Source of the DNA: a virus
Lineage: Duplodnaviria > Caudoviricetes
DNA length: 64,000 bases
Reading direction: 5' to 3' (one strand)
IMG/VR virus record: IMGVR_UViG_3300023119_000004
The notes beneath the pieces are model-generated. The model searched no databases, was not told the origin of the DNA, and saw only the letters and a program-made list of their open reading frames with translations. Positions 39,093 to 48,671 of the stretch are shown here, in pieces (positions within the stretch are counted from its first letter, which is position 1; each line of letters begins with the position of its first letter). Made by a program: the position numbers and the translations under genes.

Positions 39093-40635
39093 CTTCTAAC
39101 TCCTCGAGTTTATGTTCTTGTTCTTCAGTAAATTCACTGTCACTTGAGTCATCTGAAGTTGTTGTGTCTGCTTCTTCAAATAAATTAGCAAACTGTGTAC
39201 TAGCATTAACTGTCTTTTTACCAGTAGCACCTCTAGTGCCAATAACTGACATCCAGAATCTTGAAAATTCTTCTATGACCGCATTCGCTTCGTCTCTGTT
39301 GTCAGTTGCAAATATCGCTTCCACAACATCTCTAAAAAATAACCTGTCAAAACGTTCTTCGACAAGCATCGCTGGAATTCTGCCTGCGTCATATTCTCTG
39401 TTTGCTTCTTGTACTGCATTAATGTGACTCCATACATTATGACCCATTTGGATCGCATATGAAAAACTATCCCAAGATGTTTTTCCTTCTTTACCTACTT
39501 TATTTAGATCGCCTGGTGCATAGATACAAACATCTTTGGCTGTTAGTCCTGTTGTAATAGGCGAGTCTTTAAAACTTCCGTGTTTGTTTTCACGTACAAA
39601 TGCTTGACCAAACGGTGTAAGGTCTTGTGCTAAACCTTTGTCGTCAATGCTAGGTACCATTCTGTATACCCATTTACTTCTATCTTTTGTTTCAAGTTCA
39701 CAATAGATTTGACCATTTGCTGTTGCTAAGAATGGACTAGCACAGTCAAATGTAATTGTAAAGTTTTCGTTATGATGTTTACGAACTGCTCTTTGTACAT
39801 CAGTTAGTAGTGTTGCCCACTCTAGTTTACTTGTACCCAAGAAGTGCATAAAGTCATGTTTGCCTTTTTCAAGTAATCCATCAAAACGTAGTGCAACAAT
39901 ACGTTTTAATGCTAGGTGAATATCACACATATTCTGACCACCCATTGACCACCCATTAAAGTGATCAGTATACTTTTTAGGATCGCAATAGTCTTTCATT
40001 TGCTGATACCAATCTTCTGCATCAGCATGATTCTCACCTTGTAGTACATTTAAGAATTTACAATTACCATTACGATTTTTCATAAAGTAATCGTTATTAA
40101 TACGTGTGGCATTTACTGCTTCTTGGTATGTACTAATACCAGTTGCTTTAACACCTTGTGGACTACGAGCAACCCAAGCCGGAATATCAAGGATCATACC
40201 GTAATCCATATATTCGTCCATCCAACGTAAAACTTGTTCACGTTTCTTTTTCGCCTTAGGACAGTTAGGATCTTTCCAATCACCTTCCCATACACCTTTA
40301 CCAATCTGGAATCCTCCAGAGTCGCCAAGCAACCAACTAGTATTGCGATCTCTGTTTCGGATCATATCTTCTTTAGGTGAGTCTTTGTTAATATCTAATT
40401 CAGCGTGACCTGCGGAATACAATGACCAATTATATTGAAACATACCGTCATTGCGATTTAACCAGTTCAGACTTTCAACGTCATTAGGAAAGTTACTAGG
40501 AATTCTAGTTCTTTCAACATATTCTTCACGACGCTGTTTACCAATGAATGTAGCATAGAAGCCACTAATCGCTGGTAGGAAGATTGCGTAATCCTTTTGC
40601 TGTGCTGTTAAGTCCGTATTCAAATTATTCTCCAA
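39079..40635 (-). CDS. dpdA: TGT-fold transglycosylase, DpdA-like DNA 7-deazaguanine insertase
   Basis: GDSGGFQ, LDIP, VLQG, SMGG, HFLG, FDCAS catalytic/substrate motifs; no CxCxxC zinc site; in the folE/queE locus. Confidence 0.82.
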   Translation of the reverse strand: MENNLNTDLTAQQKDYAIFLPAISGFYATFIGKQRREEYVERTRIPSNFPNDVESLNWLNRNDGMFQYNWSLYSAGHAELDINKDSPKEDMIRNRDRNTSWLLGDSGGFQIGKGVWEGDWKDPNCPKAKKKREQVLRWMDEYMDYGMILDIPAWVARSPQGVKATGISTYQEAVNATRINNDYFMKNRNGNCKFLNVLQGENHADAEDWYQQMKDYCDPKKYTDHFNGWSMGGQNMCDIHLALKRIVALRFDGLLEKGKHDFMHFLGTSKLEWATLLTDVQRAVRKHHNENFTITFDCASPFLATANGQIYCELETKDRSKWVYRMVPSIDDKGLAQDLTPFGQAFVRENKHGSFKDSPITTGLTAKDVCIYAPGDLNKVGKEGKTSWDSFSYAIQMGHNVWSHINAVQEANREYDAGRIPAMLVEERFDRLFFRDVVEAIFATDNRDEANAVIEEFSRFWMSVIGTRGATGKKTVNASTQFANLFEEADTTTSDDSSDSEFTEEQEHKLEELEDEQI

Positions 40636-40870
40636 ATGCCTTAAATGCTAAGAGAGGAACAAGCCAAGGATAAACCAAATGCTCAACCAACTCATATACA
40701 ACCAAAATAGTGAGCAACACGGCCCATAGTTTTGATGTTTTTGCTTTGTTGCTAACATATTCAAATATCCTCGAATGCCACTTTCCTAAACGTTCTATTA
40801 TACCTGGTTTCGGCATAAACTCCTTACTTAGATTGTGCTGGAAGAATATAATCGTACTCAACCATTCCAC
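40625..40870 (-). CDS. Small membrane protein
   Basis: Hydrophobic C-terminal segment. Confidence 0.4.
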   Translation of the reverse strand: MEWLSTIIFFQHNLSKEFMPKPGIIERLGKWHSRIFEYVSNKAKTSKLWAVLLTILVVYELVEHLVYPWLVPLLAFKAFGE

Positions 40871-41555
40871 TATCTACTGTGATTTGCATAGCACCTTGAT
40901 CTGAAATCTTCATGTTTAATTTACCATCAAGATTTAGAATTGCTTGTACTTGTGCTACAGGCCATGCCCAAGTGTGTTGTAATGCACCAGTTACACCTGT
41001 TTGGAAATTAAACTTACCAGCGTGTGTACTGTGATCACCAAAACTAAACACTAGGTTATCACCGTTAGTTGAAACATTAAAAGTTGGCTCTTCTGAATGC
41101 GCCGCACTTTGTAGTTTCATTCTATTAATACTTGCAACAGTTGGCTCAAACTCTACTTCCCAACTTGCACCTTTAAACTTAACACTCTTTAGTTTTTCTT
41201 CAATGATTTGTTTGTTCATAAAACGATAATCATTTTGGAAGTCACCTGCTTCGTTTTCAAAGTGAATGTGTGTTGGAACAGTTTCGCCATTACGTTCTGC
41301 TTTCTCTACAGAAAGTTTTGCGTTCTTTTGATACTCAGGATTCTTTAAGTGTAGTGCTAACTTGTCTAAGTTAGGCATACCAAAAGTACCATTGAACTCG
41401 CCTACGGAATTCTTTGCTTTTGCAGTTAAGATAACACTTCTATCTTCTGCCATACTTTCGATTGTTGTTGATTGATCATCGCCACTTACTTTAACTAGAT
41501 TAAGAAAACCTAGTGAATGTGTGTGTGCGACAACGTCTTGTAAAATGTCTTTCAT
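40824..41555 (-). CDS. DNA polymerase sliding clamp (gp45/PCNA-like)
   Basis: 243 aa, beta-rich two-domain pattern ending YDYILPA; near polB. Confidence 0.65.
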   Translation of the reverse strand: MKDILQDVVAHTHSLGFLNLVKVSGDDQSTTIESMAEDRSVILTAKAKNSVGEFNGTFGMPNLDKLALHLKNPEYQKNAKLSVEKAERNGETVPTHIHFENEAGDFQNDYRFMNKQIIEEKLKSVKFKGASWEVEFEPTVASINRMKLQSAAHSEEPTFNVSTNGDNLVFSFGDHSTHAGKFNFQTGVTGALQHTWAWPVAQVQAILNLDGKLNMKISDQGAMQITVDSGMVEYDYILPAQSK

Positions 41556-41569
41556 TGGTTGCTTCTCCT

Positions 41570-42325
41570 TTATATTACATTATATTTAGGTTTTTGCGAA
41601 AAGTCAAGTTCTTTATTGGTCTCAATAAAGTCAAAAATATTAACTTTCGGCTTCCACCCTAAATTCTTTAAGACAGTTATATCGGCTGTATTGTCCATAC
41701 GTTCATTGTCCTTAGTTGTTTGTTCAGGATCAATGTTTGCCAATTTAGTTAAATCTGTAAGTGCTACAGACGTTCCTGTACCAATATCAATTATTCCTTT
41801 GGTATCTGTTTTGATTAATAGTAGAATTGCGTTTACAATATCACTGACGTGAATAAAATCTCTTTTATGGTTGGTAACGTAGGGGACATCGTTTCTTAGT
41901 AATCGAGGTATAAACATATTGGGCCTTGTCTGCTTGTTATTATATATAGTTGTAAATCGCATACCTAAACTGTTATCTGGCGCAATTTCTTCCATAACCT
42001 TTTTAGTCATCGCATAAGGATTTAAAAAAGGTTCTTTGGCTGTGCTAGAACTAGCATACAAAATTCTTGTGTTTGGAAAACTTTGAAAAATCTTTTTAGA
42101 TGCTATAACATTATTTTCCCAAAACAGTTTTGGATTATCAATGCTTCTTCGTAGTCCTGATTCTCCGGCAAGATGAATTACTAAATCAACATCAAAGTTT
42201 ATTTCTAGATCAAGTATATCATTACCTTCTAGTCTATCAATACCAATTACAAAATGTTCTTTTACTAACTCTGCATATAGTTCTTGACCTACTAAACCTT
42301 TATGTCCTGTTAGTAAAATTTTCAT
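41570..42325 (-). CDS. NAD-dependent epimerase/dehydratase
   Basis: LLTGHKGLVG, IHLAG, YASSS, YAMTK. Confidence 0.9.
   Translation of the reverse strand: MKILLTGHKGLVGQELYAELVKEHFVIGIDRLEGNDILDLEINFDVDLVIHLAGESGLRRSIDNPKLFWENNVIASKKIFQSFPNTRILYASSSTAKEPFLNPYAMTKKVMEEIAPDNSLGMRFTTIYNNKQTRPNMFIPRLLRNDVPYVTNHKRDFIHVSDIVNAILLLIKTDTKGIIDIGTGTSVALTDLTKLANIDPEQTTKDNERMDNTADITVLKNLGWKPKVNIFDFIETNKELDFSQKPKYNVI
41579..41607 (-). promoter_or_regulatory. sigma70-type promoter for clamp-dpdA
   Basis: TTGACT-N17-TATAAT. Confidence 0.75.
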
Positions 42326-42711
42326 ACTAATTCCTCAGCAATGTATCTTTTTAATTCTTTGTCTTGCACATCTGTAGGTATTTCATTTTTATAAAAAAGT
42401 CTATAACTGTCAGAACCGTACTTACCAATACCGTATAATTGTGTAGCATCTTCTCCATCCCAATCTTCAAATTGTTCGCTCATTCGATACAGTCTTTCTG
42501 CTCGAACACGTTGCATACCTAACGGCTTTAGCACATCTTCAATTTCTTTTTTAGTAGCATATAGCAAACTACTATGTGTAGGCCAACGTCTAAAGAACTC
42601 TGTAAGTACAGGTTTAGTTTGACGCCTGTTTACCTGATTAAGACATATAACGCCAACCATATGTTGCCATACATTGTCGACTTGCTGTTGAACCATTAGA
42701 TCATCACGCAT
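42322..42711 (-). CDS. MBD4-like HhH DNA glycosylase (start refined to MRDDL at 42711)
   Basis: ICLNQ, LKPLGM..VRA, LYGIGKYGSDSY. Confidence 0.8.
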   Translation of the reverse strand: MRDDLMVQQQVDNVWQHMVGVICLNQVNRRQTKPVLTEFFRRWPTHSSLLYATKKEIEDVLKPLGMQRVRAERLYRMSEQFEDWDGEDATQLYGIGKYGSDSYRLFYKNEIPTDVQDKELKRYIAEELV

Positions 42712-43033
42712 CGTATCTCTTTCCATCAAACACACAAACAAAGTATAATTCTTCATCACCTGCGTGTACACGATGAAATACTCCGTCTTGAATTAGTACT
42801 GTATCGCCTGGATAAACACTAAACGTTTCATCATCAAGTTGCATATTACCTGTACCTTCGATAAACAAGTAAACTTCTTCTTGACCTTCGTGTTTATGTC
42901 CTGTTGTACTTTTATTAGGTCTTAATCTAGTACTACTTACAATAAGATTTTTTAATCCTTTATTATCTTTTACAGTATAGCGGTCATCTTGTTTAACAAC
43001 TTCACCGCCTATATCCCAGTTACCGAATTTCAT
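42704..43033 (-). CDS. Cupin domain protein
   Basis: GHKHEGQEEVY...G...PGD...HRV. Confidence 0.85.
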   Translation of the reverse strand: MKFGNWDIGGEVVKQDDRYTVKDNKGLKNLIVSSTRLRPNKSTTGHKHEGQEEVYLFIEGTGNMQLDDETFSVYPGDTVLIQDGVFHRVHAGDEELYFVCVFDGKRYDA

Positions 43034-43572
43034 TTTTTCACTCCAAAATGTTTAAAGGTTGATTGGACACACTTTGCTTGATAATAACAATCTGCTAGTG
43101 CGTTGTGAGCCTCTTCTTGTATTGCCTTACGTGGATCACTTGGCATCATACTAAATAGAGTTCTGCTGTCTCTAATTTGCCAATAGTTCCATGGGCAAGG
43201 TTTTCCTACTTGTTTGTATAAATTTTGTAGAATAGCGTAGTCAAACAACGGACCTTGACACCAAAGTTGGTCAAGTCCAACACACCATTTATTAATTGCT
43301 TTTGTAAGTGTATCCATGTTTACTCTATTCTCATGATCACCAAATGCTTCGTCTTGAATATTTTGTTCTTGTCTACCCCACCAAGCAAGAGTATTATCAT
43401 CAATTGAACGATTATACTTTTCTGATTGCTCTTCGATATCACAACGTAGATATAATCCATCATGTGGCTCTGTATCAGAGTATGGATCAAACTTAATAGC
43501 ACCAAGTGTAATAACTACACTATCTGGTTCTACACCAAGTGTTTCTAAGTCTATCATTCCGTGAGTAGCCAT
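43030..43572 (-). CDS. DEDDh 3'-5' exonuclease (Rv2179c-like)
   Basis: MIDLETLG, GPLFD, HNALADC. Confidence 0.85.
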   Translation of the reverse strand: MATHGMIDLETLGVEPDSVVITLGAIKFDPYSDTEPHDGLYLRCDIEEQSEKYNRSIDDNTLAWWGRQEQNIQDEAFGDHENRVNMDTLTKAINKWCVGLDQLWCQGPLFDYAILQNLYKQVGKPCPWNYWQIRDSRTLFSMMPSDPRKAIQEEAHNALADCYYQAKCVQSTFKHFGVKK

Positions 43573-46242
43573 TTATTCTCCAAAGTCAAATAAATTGTTA
43601 AACGTATTTTTCTGTTGTGTACTACTTAGATCATAATCCAACACACCGATAAGGTTATCTAGTTTATTATCAATAATAGTACCTTCCATAGCATCGTCAT
43701 CAAATGGAAGTTCTTTAAACCAGTCCGGCAAACGTAGTTCATCTGTAGGATATGCAACACTTGTATACCCTAATGGATTCTGTTTTAGTTTACAAACAAT
43801 AACTTTCATACCATCTACAATTTCTTGCGAGTATTTGTCACCGTTCATTTTCTTCAGTGTATTCCAATTGATACTTGCTCGAACGTGACCAGGCATATTT
43901 GTTTTGCCATCACGTTGTTCTTTTCGTAAGTATTCACCAATCTTGTTTGCACGTTTAGGCGAACCTTTTTCAAAGCCAGGACGTATTTTAAATTCAGTTC
44001 TAAATTCTGTAATACGATCTAATACTTCTTTTTCAGATGCTTCTTTTAAAACCATAAGTAATAGTTCACTTAAAAATTCCTGCATAAACACAGGAGTATC
44101 TGAACGTTTAAGATCAAGACCCATTGCTTTTACTTTACCTGGCTTGCCATCAACATCTTTACGTTCACCTTCTTCATCATATACAAGTGCCGCATAACGT
44201 TTCTTTGTAATGTATAATCCTGTTTCAGCAACAATTTCTCTACCTGCCGCAATAACATCTGAACGACTCTTTGGACAGTGAAATGCCTTTGCCATAAAGG
44301 CTTCAAAAGAACTGTTTGCTTCATCGCATACTTGGTCATAAAGTTTAATTACACTTTCTTTAGTCCACGGTATTTGACCTTCTTCAATTTCTTTCTTAAG
44401 AACTGGATATGCACTAAAGTACACAGAGTCAGTATCACCATAGATAACACTTTCGCCTACGTGATCATATGTACCTGTAATAACTTTGTTTACTTCAGCG
44501 GCCATATGTTTTGCAATTTGTCTACCTGTTAGTGTAGTTGATTGTCCTATCCTCGGGTCAAAAAATCTGCAACCAGGATTAAGAATGGCCCCGTAAAGAG
44601 AGTTAAGATTAATCTTTTTAACAAGTTGCCTTTTGTCCCAAAATGCAATTTCAATTTTGTTTCCTGCATCAATTGCCTTCTTCTTCATTGCTTGGAGTTC
44701 TTTACGTTCAGCATACCAACGTTTTAGTAGTCCTGGAATAACACCATCAAACTCGGTTGTAAGTATTGTTCCGTTTGCTGTAAGCATCCAAGGGTTATTG
44801 CTATCAAAGATAATTTTATGAACTTCTGCCGCACTATATACTTCAGGTTCTTTACCTTCCCAGTCTACAGTAATGTCAAAGTCTTTTCTCTTTTCCATAA
44901 CTGCATCATATTCTAATGTTCCAAACTTACCTTCCCAAGCACCTGCAAATGATTTCTTTTGCAATGTCATTGCTTCTTCTAAGTATGCTTGTGTGTGATC
45001 AGGACGTAGTTGTCCAACGATAGTTGCTGGATCCATATTCAATGCACGAATCACAGATGGATATAGTGAATTCAAGTCCATCGAACCAATCCACTTGTGT
45101 ACACCTTTTTTAGGAAATGCAACATAAGCACCTGCCGCAGGATCACTACCTGGTTCACGTTTTGTCCTGTTAGGAACTTGTAGTCCTCTGTGATGTGCTT
45201 CGTTAATAATTGCTTGTTCTGTAACTGCTACCGCACCCATTGTGGTCTGTAGCAAAACCGTATTTGCGTGTGCTAGTTCATTTGATAGGTCAATGAACTT
45301 TAGTTTTTGGTCCAACTTGTCCAGTAGTGCAACGTCTTGTCGGTTGTATTCGATGAACTTTCTGAAATCATTGTTATAAAGTTGATCGAGCGTACCTTCG
45401 TAAACAGTTTTGTTTTCGCCGACTTCCATTTCACCAATGGCATCAAGTCTGTAAGTATGTCTTTCTTCATATGTGTATTTACGATATAATTCCAAACTAT
45501 CTAAATGCACTCTGCCTACTAGGTCATAGGTTTGTGCTGTTTTACCAAACTTTTCATACTCACGTTTTTTAGGAAGTTGTTTCCATAAACAAAAACGTCT
45601 TGTATCATCTTTGCTTAGTACACGAGCAACACGATTAACTGTGTAAGGAATATCATAACCTTCACTGTTCCAACCACTTAGTATATCTGCATCTTGAATA
45701 ATATCTAAGAATGCTTCAAGCATATCGCCTTCGTTATCATACAAGTATGTGTTTGGAAATTCTTTTACTTCTTCTTTTGCTTGTTCCATTGTCAAACCTT
45801 TAGGCGGCATTGCAAATGTAACAAGACTATCTAGCCATTGTAAGTGTACTGTAATTGCAGTAATTGGCATAAATGGATCGCTTGGATCTGCGAATCCACG
45901 TTCTGGATCAAAGTCAGTCTCAATGTCAAAGAAGCAAACATTTAGTTTTGGAGCATCAACGTTTAAATAATTTTCACTTAAACATTGGAATATAGGATTA
46001 ATATCACTTTCAAACAGTTCTTTGTTTTGATTAATAGCAAGTTCTTTTCTAAATTGCTTTGTATTTTTTGCTACAATACGTGATAACGGATCGCCAAAGA
46101 TACTTTTATACTTTCCTCTTTGGTCTTTATAATAGAATGTATATTTAATTGGATATTCTGTAAGGTGTCGCTTACCGTCTTTTCGTTCTACTACACGAAT
46201 AATATCTTGGTCGCGATCAAAGATTGCATCTACATAACTCAT
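43573..46242 (-). CDS. polB: Family B DNA polymerase
   Basis: DIETD exonuclease, DLNSLYPS, KINLNSLYG, YGDTDS, KKRY motifs. Confidence 0.97.
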   Translation of the reverse strand: MSYVDAIFDRDQDIIRVVERKDGKRHLTEYPIKYTFYYKDQRGKYKSIFGDPLSRIVAKNTKQFRKELAINQNKELFESDINPIFQCLSENYLNVDAPKLNVCFFDIETDFDPERGFADPSDPFMPITAITVHLQWLDSLVTFAMPPKGLTMEQAKEEVKEFPNTYLYDNEGDMLEAFLDIIQDADILSGWNSEGYDIPYTVNRVARVLSKDDTRRFCLWKQLPKKREYEKFGKTAQTYDLVGRVHLDSLELYRKYTYEERHTYRLDAIGEMEVGENKTVYEGTLDQLYNNDFRKFIEYNRQDVALLDKLDQKLKFIDLSNELAHANTVLLQTTMGAVAVTEQAIINEAHHRGLQVPNRTKREPGSDPAAGAYVAFPKKGVHKWIGSMDLNSLYPSVIRALNMDPATIVGQLRPDHTQAYLEEAMTLQKKSFAGAWEGKFGTLEYDAVMEKRKDFDITVDWEGKEPEVYSAAEVHKIIFDSNNPWMLTANGTILTTEFDGVIPGLLKRWYAERKELQAMKKKAIDAGNKIEIAFWDKRQLVKKINLNSLYGAILNPGCRFFDPRIGQSTTLTGRQIAKHMAAEVNKVITGTYDHVGESVIYGDTDSVYFSAYPVLKKEIEEGQIPWTKESVIKLYDQVCDEANSSFEAFMAKAFHCPKSRSDVIAAGREIVAETGLYITKKRYAALVYDEEGERKDVDGKPGKVKAMGLDLKRSDTPVFMQEFLSELLLMVLKEASEKEVLDRITEFRTEFKIRPGFEKGSPKRANKIGEYLRKEQRDGKTNMPGHVRASINWNTLKKMNGDKYSQEIVDGMKVIVCKLKQNPLGYTSVAYPTDELRLPDWFKELPFDDDAMEGTIIDNKLDNLIGVLDYDLSSTQQKNTFNNLFDFGE

Positions 46243-46252
46243 TTTTTCTCCT

Positions 46253-46276
46253 GTTTGTCACTTCAGGCTGACAAAT
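46253..46276 (-). promoter_or_regulatory. Hairpin abutting the polB Shine-Dalgarno (candidate translational operator)
   Basis: mRNA UUUGUCA-GCCUGAAG-UGACAAA immediately followed by C-AGGAG-AAAAA-AUG. Confidence 0.5.
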
Positions 46277-46289
46277 ACCAACTAATCGT

Positions 46290-46565
46290 TTACTGGCCGA
46301 TAACACCATACAAATGTTTAAAAATGCCTACTAAGTATATAATTGTTAGTACGCCGTTTAAAACTATTAATGACTTCTCTTTCCAAAGTATTCCAACTAC
46401 TGTCCAAATAGTAGATGCAATACCAAATCCGTATGTAGCATAAACTTGATTATCTAAAGCAGATAACGTAGTTGCCGCTAATAGCAAGACAGCAGTTGCC
46501 ACCCATGCTAACGGTTGGTAGGGTTTAGTCTGTACTTCCTTGTTGTTTAAAGTATTCTTTATCAT
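46290..46565 (-). CDS. Small multi-TM membrane protein
   Basis: Three hydrophobic segments. Confidence 0.6.
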   Translation of the reverse strand: MIKNTLNNKEVQTKPYQPLAWVATAVLLLAATTLSALDNQVYATYGFGIASTIWTVVGILWKEKSLIVLNGVLTIIYLVGIFKHLYGVIGQ

Positions 46566-46836
46566 TTATTGCCTTATCATCTATCCAAATATCATAATGT
46601 GGTTTGCCAAATCTTACACTAGTAAATTTAACTCCCCAGCCTTTAAGTTGTTTCATTGTAAAGTCTTGCCAATCTTTGCCTGATACTGCACCTCGTGCAG
46701 TCCAATAATGAATGTCATGGCCTTCATCAAACAACTTATTAAAGTGAGCGATTCTATCTAAATCGGGTTCACTTTTTTCATAATTACTATCGTTAGTATA
46801 GCAGATTGTGTTGTCAATGTCAACCATATATTTCAT
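46525..46836 (-). CDS. Minimal HAD-family phosphatase
   Basis: DIDNT, WTARG, GKP, IDDK. Confidence 0.85.
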   Translation of the reverse strand: MKYMVDIDNTICYTNDSNYEKSEPDLDRIAHFNKLFDEGHDIHYWTARGAVSGKDWQDFTMKQLKGWGVKFTSVRFGKPHYDIWIDDKAINDKEYFKQQGSTD

Positions 46837-46841
46837 CTATT

Positions 46842-47123
46842 TTACCACCATCCCATTGCTACGCCAAATCCAAAAATGTTTACACTAAGAAAGTAGTAAA
46901 CCATTACTAATGGCCATGCAAGTTTTCGTCTTGTATATGTAAAAATTGCTAGTGCTGAACCTAGCATAAATCCTGGATAAACAATACGCATATCCGGGTC
47001 AGCGGCATTAATGGCTAGAGTCATACTTGCACCTATAGTAACTAAGGTACCTATCATTTCTAACCAAAATGCTAAAGGGTCTTGTTTTTTTGCTTCTTTC
47101 CAGAAGTTGATAATTTTATTCAT
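46842..47123 (-). CDS. Small multi-TM membrane protein
   Basis: Three hydrophobic segments. Confidence 0.6.
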   Translation of the reverse strand: MNKIINFWKEAKKQDPLAFWLEMIGTLVTIGASMTLAINAADPDMRIVYPGFMLGSALAIFTYTRRKLAWPLVMVYYFLSVNIFGFGVAMGWW

Positions 47124-47386
47124 TATAGTTTATCACGTCCTACAGTAACAATCAATGTTTCTAGGTCGTCAAAATCATCAGCAACTTTACCCCATTCACC
47201 TTTTTGTGCAATCTTAATTGCTTTGTTAATTAGTGATGGTTTAATGTTTAGTTCTTCTGCAACTGCTTTAACAGTATCTTTCAAACCTTCTTGTAAGTCT
47301 GAAATTTCTTGAAGTACTGTTACGCCTTCGTTAACCAATCTTTCTAGTTTGGCTTTTTCGTCTGCGCCGTAAGTTCGGTCACTCAT
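47123..47386 (-). CDS. T4 DsbA/GapR-like dsDNA-binding protein
   Basis: Helical pattern EISDLQEGLKDTVKAVAEELNIKPSLINKAIK. Confidence 0.55.
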   Translation of the reverse strand: MSDRTYGADEKAKLERLVNEGVTVLQEISDLQEGLKDTVKAVAEELNIKPSLINKAIKIAQKGEWGKVADDFDDLETLIVTVGRDKL

Positions 47387-47411
47387 TTGTTTCTCCTATG
47401 TTATAATGTGT

Positions 47412-47440
47412 ATTATATATTCGTTTGTTCTTAATGTCAA
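47412..47440 (-). promoter_or_regulatory. sigma70-type promoter
   Basis: TTGACA-N17-TATAAT. Confidence 0.8.
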
Positions 47441-47973
47441 GTCGCTTGTGGTCTTTCCATAGTCAAATTGCCACTAACAATAACTCGTTCAAAATCTGTT
47501 TCTTGAATTGGTACCATGTGTGTTACCCAACCAGGAAAAATAACAATAAGACCTGGTTCGGGTTGAATGGCTCTTTCAGCAGTTGGAAATACTAAAGGAG
47601 CACATTCTTCCGAAGCATCAACATAATAACAAAAACTCCAAAGTGCTGGATGATGGGCGTGTGGTAGGGTTTCACCTCCTCTTTTATAAATTGCACCCCA
47701 GCAATCTGTTGCATAAAAATTTCCTTGTGGTACTGGATCTAATCCTTCTTCCAAAAGTTCTATAGCAAAGTCAATAATTTTTTTGAAATGCGGATTGTCA
47801 TACATAGTCCAACGTGTCATATCCGCTTTGACATTTGTTTTATGGTATTGTTGATCACCTTGTTCCTTAATACAAGAAATAAGGTCTGCTTTGATAGATT
47901 CCTTTTCGTGGAACATACCAGTAAAAATATTCGCTCGTTCTTTAAACTCAAAAGTTTGAATATGTGGTACCAT
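47437..47973 (-). CDS. 2OG-Fe(II) oxygenase (TIGR02466-like)
   Basis: WGAIY, HAHHP, SFCYY, FPGWVTHMV, RVIVSGN. Confidence 0.85.
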   Translation of the reverse strand: MVPHIQTFEFKERANIFTGMFHEKESIKADLISCIKEQGDQQYHKTNVKADMTRWTMYDNPHFKKIIDFAIELLEEGLDPVPQGNFYATDCWGAIYKRGGETLPHAHHPALWSFCYYVDASEECAPLVFPTAERAIQPEPGLIVIFPGWVTHMVPIQETDFERVIVSGNLTMERPQAT

Positions 47974-47991
47974 GCAAATATTTATGATATG

Positions 47992-48642
47992 CTAGGTGTC
48001 TAAGGTTTCGTTGCGGTCCTTGTAGTGCCACTCGTCTGTGTGTCCTACACTCCACTTAGGAGTATTTTCAACTGTGTAGTTTTGGGTGCATACTTTGAAG
48101 TCTGGTGTTTTACGATCAGTTGGAACAAGACTTTGATCTGTAAACACTACTCTGTTATTTGGTTGTGCGGCAAATTGTCCGTTGTCTAATTTAATTACAT
48201 TAAATGATTTGTGTTCTGGATCGTGTTCTGCAAAGTTTTGATTAAGAGCAGTTTTATCTCTATGACAATTATCAATAGTAAAAAGATATTCACCTTTATG
48301 CATTTTACGATCTTTGCCAAAAAATTCACAATCACTTAGCATAGGCTTTTTAATTACTGTAATATCGTAATCAAAGCAATCCCAAATCTGTAGTGTATCT
48401 AAAGGAAGTTGTTCGCTATGTAAGTAATCTTCTTTCCAAACAAACGCACTAAGAGGTAATTTATCGTATAATGCACCGTACTCTGTTAGTAGTGTTTCAA
48501 AATATAATGCTCTACCTTCTATACTTTTAACACTAATCCATAACCCAGGAGTAACTTCTCCGTGACCTTTTTGATGGTCATATAAGAATTCCTTCTTTAC
48601 AAAAACTTCGATAGGTGGTAGGTTATGAACTAAAAAGGCCAT
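47992..48642 (-). CDS. Hypothetical phage protein
   Basis: SD AGGAG; late-like CTAAATA upstream. Confidence 0.6.
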   Translation of the reverse strand: MAFLVHNLPPIEVFVKKEFLYDHQKGHGEVTPGLWISVKSIEGRALYFETLLTEYGALYDKLPLSAFVWKEDYLHSEQLPLDTLQIWDCFDYDITVIKKPMLSDCEFFGKDRKMHKGEYLFTIDNCHRDKTALNQNFAEHDPEHKSFNVIKLDNGQFAAQPNNRVVFTDQSLVPTDRKTPDFKVCTQNYTVENTPKWSVGHTDEWHYKDRNETLDT

Positions 48643-48671
48643 ATGTTCTCCTAGGTTAATACTAGAGTTAT

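Noticed and set aside
39079-40635. Calling the TGT-fold protein a tRNA-guanine transglycosylase (tgt)
   Set aside because: No zinc motif, no tRNA genes seen, and phage folE/queE context favours a DNA-targeting DpdA; not formally excluded
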